Below are positions 7,481-13,846 of a stretch of DNA of 13,846 nucleotides, piece by piece. Below the pieces are notes generated by a model that did no database searches, was not told the DNA's origin, and saw nothing but the letters and a program-made list of their open reading frames with translations. Within the stretch, counting starts at the first letter, position 1. The number at the start of each line of letters is the position of its first letter. Location: assembly GCA_001563335.1 (NCBI GenBank), contig LRSL01000087.1:1-13846 (forward strand), written 5' to 3'. The stretch comes from Candidatus Thorarchaeota archaeon SMTZ1-45 (GTDB lineage Archaea > Asgardarchaeota > Thorarchaeia > Thorarchaeales > Thorarchaeaceae). The position numbers and the translations under genes are program-made.

Positions 7481-7541
7481 TTGATAATGATATCAAACAA
7501 TCATCGTTTTATTTAAATATCGCAATTATTCGATGATTGTT
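7481..7541 (+). promoter_or_regulatory. acr3-arsR promoter/operator region
   Basis: TATA-like TTTAAATA (7512-7519) sits inside a perfect 11-bp inverted repeat, AACAATCATCG (7496-7506) / CGATGATTGTT (7531-7541). Also ATCG-N8-CGAT (7519-7534) and TTGATA-N4-TATCAA (7481-7496). Confidence 0.6.
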
Positions 7542-7566
7542 GTATATTGAATCAGGTGGCTATTAT

Positions 7567-8652
7567 TTGCAAGACAAGATTTCAACGTCGGACATTCAGG
7601 AGCAGAAACAAGAAAAAGTTGCAGACGATTTTCAAAGAAAAAAGCTCAGTACTTTCGAGAAATATCTACCACTGTGGATAGGTGTTTGCATGGTTCTGGG
7701 AATAGTCTTGTCATTGATTGTTCCTGGAATTAGTGAAGCAATTGATTCTTGGCAAATCGCAGGAATATCTGTTCCCATCGGTATTTGTCTCTTCTTGATG
7801 ATGTATCCTGCGATGCTTAATATCCAAGCTTCTGAGCTCAGGAAACTTGGAAGGAATCCAAAACCAATCATCCTAACACTCATTTCTAATTGGATGGTTT
7901 CTCCCGTAGTGGGATTTGTTCTCGCTAGAACATTCCTTCCAGGAAACGAGGAGTTGATTGTAGCTGTTATTCTTCTGTCGTCAAGTCCTTGCACTGCGAT
8001 GGTATTAGTCTGGGGGTATCTTGCAGAGGGCAATCAGGAGCAAAATGTTGTCAATACTACTCTGAACACGATTACAATTCTTATCCTATTCGCGCCTTTG
8101 GTTGCGCTTTTTACAGGAATCTCTAACATACCGATTGACCGACTGCTATTGATCATCTCAGTGATGGTATTTATCGGTATCCCATTAGTCTTGGGCGTAA
8201 TCACAAGAAGGTCACTAGTGAATTGGAAAGGCAAAGATTGGTTCGAAACAAAGTATCGGCCTGCTGTGGGCAACTTGGCTCTTTTGGCTCTCCTAACAAC
8301 TCTGATTGTACTTTTCTCATTGAACGGTATGGTTATGCTAGAAAACCCAGATCTGTTAGTTCTCGTATCAGTCCCACTTCTGCTAGGTTTTGGTATTGTT
8401 GTATTCTATAATCTAGTGATTACACGCCTTGCAAAGCTCGCTTATAGGGAAGCTACAATCACTGCAATAATTGGATCATCAAGTCATTTCGAAATCGCCA
8501 TTGCAACAGCAATCTCAATGTATGGAGTCGGATCTATTGCTGCGCTTGGTACAACAATGGGACTTTTCTGGGAAGTCCCAATTATGCTTGGACTTGTCTA
8601 TCTTTCTAAGTACCTACGAAAGAAAGATTTCTGGAAAGGTGAACCAATGTGA
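7567..8652 (+). CDS. acr3: Acr3-family arsenite efflux transporter
   Basis: LSTFEKYLPLW, MMYP, PCTAMVLVW (conserved Cys), SHFEIAIA and EVPIML motifs with many TM helices. AGGTGG at 7554-7559 favours TTG 7567 over 7537. Confidence 0.95.
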   Translation: MQDKISTSDIQEQKQEKVADDFQRKKLSTFEKYLPLWIGVCMVLGIVLSLIVPGISEAIDSWQIAGISVPIGICLFLMMYPAMLNIQASELRKLGRNPKPIILTLISNWMVSPVVGFVLARTFLPGNEELIVAVILLSSSPCTAMVLVWGYLAEGNQEQNVVNTTLNTITILILFAPLVALFTGISNIPIDRLLLIISVMVFIGIPLVLGVITRRSLVNWKGKDWFETKYRPAVGNLALLALLTTLIVLFSLNGMVMLENPDLLVLVSVPLLLGFGIVVFYNLVITRLAKLAYREATITAIIGSSSHFEIAIATAISMYGVGSIAALGTTMGLFWEVPIMLGLVYLSKYLRKKDFWKGEPM

Positions 8653-8942
8653 TGAATAAAGACAGGCTAGATGAATGGAGAATCGAATTCCATAAGGCAT
8701 TGGGTAATCCAGTAAGACTGCAGATCGTAGACTTTCTTGCTGATGGTGAGCAATGTCAGTGTGAGATTTTTCCAAGATTTGGGCTTGCTCAATCAACTGT
8801 TTCAGCTTATCTTACTAAGATGGTAAAAGCAGGAGTTCTCAATTACCGAAAAGATGGGACACGGAAATTGTATAGCATTGCTAGCCCTGATATCAAAAGT
8901 GTCATTGATAATATTAAAAGAATCGCTAAAAAGCGGTCATGA
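8652..8942 (+). CDS. arsR: ArsR/SmtB-family repressor
   Basis: KALGNPVRLQI, EQCQCEI (cf. ELCVCDL metalloid site), AQSTVS. TGATG overlap with the acr3 stop and AGGTGA at 8637-8642. Confidence 0.9.
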   Translation: MNKDRLDEWRIEFHKALGNPVRLQIVDFLADGEQCQCEIFPRFGLAQSTVSAYLTKMVKAGVLNYRKDGTRKLYSIASPDIKSVIDNIKRIAKKRS

Positions 8943-8960
8943 AGATAATTACAGGCAAAA

Positions 8961-9851
8961 TCATGATTTCCGATCTACCTCTGACTGGAGGTAGCTTGTC
9001 TTCGCGAAGACATCCTTCTTGGGATGTTCGTAAGCTTCGTGCACACTTAGTTCGCGAAGGTCAAAACCATACTTTTCACAAGCCCAGTCAATCCATGACT
9101 CACGTGCTTCTCTTGCGATGATACTTGCAGCTGCAACTGCAATCTCATCTTCTGCCTTTGGTCGTTGGACAAGCTCAATCTTTCGAAGGTCAATTTTCCC
9201 TCTAAGGCGTGCCTCGGTCTTAACTCGAGCAAATTGGTCAACTACGATTTTAATGGGGTCATTTATTGCCTTAATAGTGTCATAGACTTCTGAAATCACC
9301 TTTGTATGAGCCCAGGCTAGCATATCATTGAGATTTTTTCCCTCTCTTCGAAACTCTTCAAGTTGTTTATTGAATTTCTCAGGAGAAATAAGCAAAGATT
9401 CCACCTTCAACGCATACCGACGCACGGTCTTTGAGAGTTCTGCTATTCGTAAGAGAGACATGTTCTTACTGTCCATCACGCCTAATGCACGCATTAGTCC
9501 AGTTTGTTTGGGAGTTAACCCAACAGCAGCGACTGTTAATGGACCTAGCCATTCACCCTTTCCAGCTTCATCAGAACCGATTACGATAGAGTCTGGAATT
9601 GATGATTTCATCTCCACAACTACATTTTGAACCGCAGCCGCTGAATAAGGTCCACTGCTGACGATTTTCCCACTAGTATATCCAACAATCACTTCGCCAG
9701 CGTAAATCAATCGAAAAGCTTCATACTCACTGTGTGCGGTCAATTCAGACGATTCATTGCTATCAAGAAGTCTCCTTCGTACCGCTTCCATTTGCATGGG
9801 GTCAACCTTGACTGTCGTTTGTTTCAAATATTCCTCTCCAAGGTACATCAT
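8961..9851 (-). CDS. rnhC: Ribonuclease HIII (type 2 RNase H with N-terminal TBP-like domain)
   Basis: IGSDEAGKGEWLGPL, GVMDSK, VVDQF, KAE..IAVAAASIIAR; N-terminal extension with IVGYTSGKIVSSG. Confidence 0.82.
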   Translation of the reverse strand: MMYLGEEYLKQTTVKVDPMQMEAVRRRLLDSNESSELTAHSEYEAFRLIYAGEVIVGYTSGKIVSSGPYSAAAVQNVVVEMKSSIPDSIVIGSDEAGKGEWLGPLTVAAVGLTPKQTGLMRALGVMDSKNMSLLRIAELSKTVRRYALKVESLLISPEKFNKQLEEFRREGKNLNDMLAWAHTKVISEVYDTIKAINDPIKIVVDQFARVKTEARLRGKIDLRKIELVQRPKAEDEIAVAAASIIAREARESWIDWACEKYGFDLRELSVHEAYEHPKKDVFAKTSYLQSEVDRKS

Positions 9852-9883
9852 AGTGTGTTTGTATTATATCTTAAGATACTCTT

Positions 9884-10714
9884 CTAGAATTTCCGGATTT
9901 CGGTTCTGAGTTCTTTCATTGAAGTATTACTCGATAAGACACCATAGAATCCATTTATGACAGCAGGTACAACAACGCATTTTGTATTTTCAATCTGGAA
10001 TTCATGATGCTTATGGTAGTGTCCAGATATTGCCAAGTCAACCAGGTTGTCATGGATGAATCTAGCAATTGATTTACTACCGGTTGAAACGCCAATTGAG
10101 GAAGCAGATATAATACCTGGCTCGAATGGAGGAACATGGGAGAGTAAAATTTTCAGTGGAGCATCCTTGATCTGAGCCAAAGCTGTAGATAGAACCTCAA
10201 ATATCAGTTTCTCTGAGAGTTCAAAGGGACTTTTATATACGTCAAGAGCAGAGAATTCAGATTCTGACCATTCCTCGACGATAAACCTACGATCATCATG
10301 TGTGATACCAAATGCATTGAGAGTTTCCAAAGAAAGGTTATCAGGTTCAATAGTTGAAGTGTCTTCGGTTCTGAAAAACTCACGAATCTCAGATATGGTG
10401 GTCAATGTTTCTTGAACGCCTCCTACTCCAAAAAAACCAATATCTTCGATTCGTTTTCCCTTGCCATGAAGATTTATCCCAAGATCATCAAGAAACTCAA
10501 GTACCTTAGCCACAGGGCCATTTCCAGGGATGCTGACCATCCAGTTGCTCCTCTCTTTGAGTTTGGTGAAATTATCAATCGACACCTGCGTGAACTTACG
10601 AAAGGTCATCAAGTCACCTAGGAAGATGACACCATCCATCTCTTCTGCTAGTCGAATCATTTTCTCGATATGAATCCATGAGTCGTGGATATCCGTCAGA
10701 ATCAGAAATTCCAT
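9884..10714 (-). CDS. Calcineurin-like metallophosphoesterase
   Basis: TDIH, LGDL, PGNG, SHVPP and SGHYH motifs. GGAGTGA overlapping the birA stop favours ATG 10714 (GTG 10717 is possible). Confidence 0.9.
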   Translation of the reverse strand: MEFLILTDIHDSWIHIEKMIRLAEEMDGVIFLGDLMTFRKFTQVSIDNFTKLKERSNWMVSIPGNGPVAKVLEFLDDLGINLHGKGKRIEDIGFFGVGGVQETLTTISEIREFFRTEDTSTIEPDNLSLETLNAFGITHDDRRFIVEEWSESEFSALDVYKSPFELSEKLIFEVLSTALAQIKDAPLKILLSHVPPFEPGIISASSIGVSTGSKSIARFIHDNLVDLAISGHYHKHHEFQIENTKCVVVPAVINGFYGVLSSNTSMKELRTEIRKF

Positions 10715-10720
10715 CACATA

Positions 10721-11503
10721 TCACTCCAAGGATCTCAAATGAAAGACATCTCCTTCAACCACATTTCTTAGACCCTCCTTGGTTTCCACTACAAGAGCTC
10801 CATCTTTGGTAATATCCTTGGCAATTCCCTCAATGGTCGAATCTTCTTCCTGTATACGGACTTTGGTTCCCAATGTAGAACTGTCTTTTCTCCACTCATC
10901 AAGAATCGCATCAAATGAGGATTCGGTTTCTACAGTTTGAAGAAGCTCGTCAATTTCATTTATTATAGAACAAAGTAGAGCTTCTACTGAGGTTTCCACC
11001 CCTATCTCATCAAAAATTGATGTGGCTGGCCACAGCAGACCTGAAGGCATTTTTGAAATAGGACAGTTCTGATTAACGCCAATCCCAATTATGATTCCTA
11101 TAGAACTATCACTAGTTGAAACAACCTCACTAAGAATTCCTGCAATCTTTTTTTCTCCAATCAATACATCATTTGGCCATTTTAATCTAACATTCTCTAC
11201 ACCAATTGAAGCAAGACTACGAACAATAGCACAACCGCTAAGGAGTCCCAGTAAAGGAGCGCTTTCAATTCCAAGTCGAGGTCTTAGAATTAGGGAGAAG
11301 TAAAGACCTCCGATTGGTGAGAGCCAAGTTCTACCCTTTCTTCCACGACCAGCAGTCTGCGTTGTTGCAATAACAATCAATCCTTCGCCTTCTCCCTGCA
11401 TGAAGAGATTCTTCACTTCTATGTTCGTAGAACCCACACTGTCAAAGTGTTTTACTCGAGGGTGAAGAACTCTTGTCTTAAAACAGTCAAAGCGAATACT
11501 CAA
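10721..11503 (-). CDS. birA: Biotin-[acetyl-CoA-carboxylase] ligase, group I (no N-terminal HTH)
   Basis: STN, QTAGRGRKGRTWLSP.GGLYFS, KWPNDV, KIAGIL, GIGVN; GGTGA before the TTG start. Confidence 0.96.
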   Translation of the reverse strand: MSIRFDCFKTRVLHPRVKHFDSVGSTNIEVKNLFMQGEGEGLIVIATTQTAGRGRKGRTWLSPIGGLYFSLILRPRLGIESAPLLGLLSGCAIVRSLASIGVENVRLKWPNDVLIGEKKIAGILSEVVSTSDSSIGIIIGIGVNQNCPISKMPSGLLWPATSIFDEIGVETSVEALLCSIINEIDELLQTVETESSFDAILDEWRKDSSTLGTKVRIQEEDSTIEGIAKDITKDGALVVETKEGLRNVVEGDVFHLRSLE

Positions 11504-11605
11504 TCTGAATCACCAGATAGTATGAAGTAAGCTATTTGAACTCGAGGGAAATCTACAGTGATTACTTATATTGTAGGTGGGGGAAGGTTTTCCGATGTGA
11601 GATTT

Positions 11606-12424
11606 ATGCCAAGCTTAGCAGGTGCTGTCATTCTTCCTGATCCGAAAAAGACACTGCTCTTTAAAAACAGAAACATGCAGACATCATCACACATTGATGA
11701 GCTATTCTATGATATAGACTATTTTGGTGTTCAAGGTATCGACAATGCTACAGGAACCGTTGGCGGACTGGCTATTGGTGTGAATCGATATGGGCTGGTC
11801 ATCGCAAACACGCATGTCCGCAACACTCCGGACCCATCTTATTACTTGCTGACAGAACAACTCCTGATGTTTGCTAAGAATGCGGAGGATGGTTTGAGCA
11901 TGACTGTTGACCAACTTAACAAAGACAGGTGCTATCAATGGGGCAATTTGATATTGGCAGATGATGATAGCATGCTTGTAATCGAACTTGCTGGAAGTGA
12001 CCATTCAATCGAATGGTCAGAACGTCGTGTCCTTCGGACTAACCATCATATCATGTTGGATACTGAACAAATTTTGATGGGAGGGAAAAGTGGCTATGAT
12101 AGTTCTGTAAAGCGTGTTGAGCGAGGATATGATCTTATCCGACAGGTAGCAAGAGTAGAGAACGTATTCTCCCTTCTGAAAGACCATGGAGAAGCACAAG
12201 GTCAGGAGAGTCTTTGTCGTCATGCTACTAGAGAGAAAGACTATGCTACCACAATGAGTTACCTTGTAGAAGTAGACCATAATACAGAGTCAGGAAAGCC
12301 AAAGATTGTATTCCATGTTGCTAAGGGTAATCCATGTCAATCTGAGTTCACAGCTATCCCTATTATTTTTCCAGCAGATGAGGAAATCATGAACCGTGTG
12401 AGTCAACTCTATCCTAAAGAATAG
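11606..12424 (+). CDS. Ntn-hydrolase-fold protein, peptidase C45/C69-like, atypical N-terminus
   Basis: LFKNRN, GVNRYGLVIAN, RTNH, SLCRH and GNPC motifs. TTATAT at 11566-11571 lies inside the ORF-track N-terminus, which favours ATG 11606 over GTG 11558. Confidence 0.72.
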   Translation: MPSLAGAVILPDPKKTLLFKNRNMQTSSHIDELFYDIDYFGVQGIDNATGTVGGLAIGVNRYGLVIANTHVRNTPDPSYYLLTEQLLMFAKNAEDGLSMTVDQLNKDRCYQWGNLILADDDSMLVIELAGSDHSIEWSERRVLRTNHHIMLDTEQILMGGKSGYDSSVKRVERGYDLIRQVARVENVFSLLKDHGEAQGQESLCRHATREKDYATTMSYLVEVDHNTESGKPKIVFHVAKGNPCQSEFTAIPIIFPADEEIMNRVSQLYPKE

Positions 12425-12558
12425 AACCATCCTTAGAAGACGATGATTTAGATACAATACCTACTAGGTCGTGTCTGTAACCTCTGAAAGAGTATTCTCT
12501 AATTCTAAATTTAGCTTAAACGCTAAGCCTAAATCGAAGAACATTGTGGTTTAGTACT

Positions 12559-13596
12559 ATGAAGATTATAGACCTGCGTAGTGACACTATCACTCAACCA
12601 ACTGATGAGATGATTGAAGCCATTGTCAATGCCCATAAAGAGGGGAGATTTGGTGATGATGTCATCGGTGAGGATGAAGTCGTAAATGAGCTGCAGGAGA
12701 AGGCTTCAAAGATTCTAGGAAAAGAGGCAGCTCTTCTTGTAACATCTGGAACGCAGGGCAATCTCATCTCTCTTTTTGCTCAAACCAAGAGAGGTGATGA
12801 AGTAGTCGTAGAAGAGCGATCGCATACCTTCATGTTCGAGGGCGGTTCGATGGCTTCCATAGGAGGGCTCTACCCGAAACCAGTGAAAGGCGAGAGGGGA
12901 TACATTCTCCCAAAAACACTCGAGTCAGTCATCAGCCCTGATGATGCTCATTATGCAAGAACAAGTCTGGTTGTTTGTGAAAACACTCATAATTACGCAG
13001 GAGGTACAGTCACTCGTCCTAACCAGGTTAAAGCACTGGCAGACGTAGCTCATGACAACGGTCTCAAGGTACATTGTGATGGAGCCAGACTGTTCAACGC
13101 TGCAGTTGCATTGAACATTCCAGCAAGCAAATTGGTAGAGAATGTGGACTCAGTTCAAATCTGCCTGAGTAAAGGTCTCTCAGCCCCTATCGGGTCTATA
13201 ATAGCTGGAACTGAAGAGTTCATACACGAGTCACATCGTACTCGAAAAAAGCTTGGTGGTGGAATGCGTCAAGCAGGCATTATTGCTGCTCCGGGAATTA
13301 TAGCTTTGGAGAAAATGGTTGATCGACTCAATGAAGACCACGAAAATGCAAAGTTACTTTATAATGGAATAAAGGGCATCCCAAACCTTGTAGTCGAAGA
13401 GCCTGAAACTAATATTCTCTTCCTCGGACTTCAGAACCTATCAATAAGTCAGATGAAGTTAGCTGAGGAGCTAGCAAAGGAGAACATCAAGGTCTATGGT
13501 GGATATGGTGTTAGGACAAGAATGGTCTTGAACAGGATGGTAGACCGTGAGGATATCGATAGAGTAATATCAGCACTCGAGAGATTACTCAAATAG
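12559..13596 (+). CDS. ltaE: Low-specificity L-threonine aldolase (PLP-dependent)
   Basis: IDLRSDT, SGTQGN, ENTHN, HCDGAR, CLSKGL (PLP lysine), GGGMRQAG. ATG 12559 matches the family N-terminus. Confidence 0.95.
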   Translation: MKIIDLRSDTITQPTDEMIEAIVNAHKEGRFGDDVIGEDEVVNELQEKASKILGKEAALLVTSGTQGNLISLFAQTKRGDEVVVEERSHTFMFEGGSMASIGGLYPKPVKGERGYILPKTLESVISPDDAHYARTSLVVCENTHNYAGGTVTRPNQVKALADVAHDNGLKVHCDGARLFNAAVALNIPASKLVENVDSVQICLSKGLSAPIGSIIAGTEEFIHESHRTRKKLGGGMRQAGIIAAPGIIALEKMVDRLNEDHENAKLLYNGIKGIPNLVVEEPETNILFLGLQNLSISQMKLAEELAKENIKVYGGYGVRTRMVLNRMVDREDIDRVISALERLLK

Positions 13597-13610
13597 GAGG
13601 AGGAAACCTT

Positions 13611-13846
13611 CTACAGTCTCTTCTTAGCATCTTCAATCATTTTCGTGATATGATCACTCCATGTTGGTTCTAATTGACGTGCTTTCTCAGCGCAGCCAAT
13701 GCATTCACCATACTTTTCCATTCTGTACAGAAGTCGGCTTTTATAGAACCATGCATGGGCATATGTCTCACTCATCTCAATAGCCTTATCATAGGCATCG
13801 AGTGCCTCCTCATATTGTCCATTAGCCTCATACTCCCGTGCTTTCT
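13611..13846 (-). CDS. TPR-repeat protein, 3' part only (runs off the window; absent from the ORF track)
   Basis: Manual translation: KAREYEANGQYEEALDAYDKAIEMSETYAHAWFYKSRLLYRMEKYGECIGCAEKARQLEPTWSDHITKMIEDAKKRL*, about two TPR units; stop TAG at 13613-13611. Confidence 0.88.
   Translation of the reverse strand, partial: KAREYEANGQYEEALDAYDKAIEMSETYAHAWFYKSRLLYRMEKYGECIGCAEKARQLEPTWSDHITKMIEDAKKRL

Noticed and set aside
10715-10723. birA TGA is in frame with the downstream phosphoesterase (possible selenocysteine read-through)
   Set aside because: BirA ends at its normal C-terminus, the position is not a catalytic Cys equivalent, the downstream gene has its own ribosome-binding site, and no SECIS was recognised.
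661-12280. Short alternative-frame ORFs in the track (e.g. 661-882, 3000-3338, 3733-3999, 5635-5835, 6520-7035, 7632-8273, 9328-9630, 11702-12280)
   Set aside because: All overlap well-supported genes and show no recognisable motifs; treated as shadow ORFs.

Overview
Gene-dense archaeal window with GGTGA/GGAGG ribosome-binding sites, TATA-like boxes, a TrmB regulator and an archaeal winged-helix regulator. The gene content is compatible with an Asgard (Thorarchaeia-like) chromosome, but that is inference. Left to right: partial Zn-dependent (MDR) dehydrogenase, SCP2 lipid-carrier protein, CPBP/CAAX intramembrane protease, Cys-rich DUF3795-like protein, a divergent wHTH/TrmB regulator pair separated by twin TGTTACAC-N7-GTGTAACA operators, SAM methyltransferase, Yip1-domain protein, a 668-aa STAND (NLR-like) NTPase followed by a stand-alone HNH nuclease, acr3-arsR, RNase HIII, metallophosphoesterase, biotin ligase, a C45-like Ntn hydrolase lacking the catalytic Cys, threonine aldolase, and a partial TPR gene that the ORF track missed. 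The best candidate for an undescribed system is the STAND NTPase plus HNH pair at 5141-7480. The NTPase has Walker A/B, sensor, GxP and MHD motifs and an uncharged N-terminal hairpin, but no repeat sensor domain. I saw no rRNA, tRNA, CRISPR array or IS element. All family calls are by-eye motif recognition; no searches were run.
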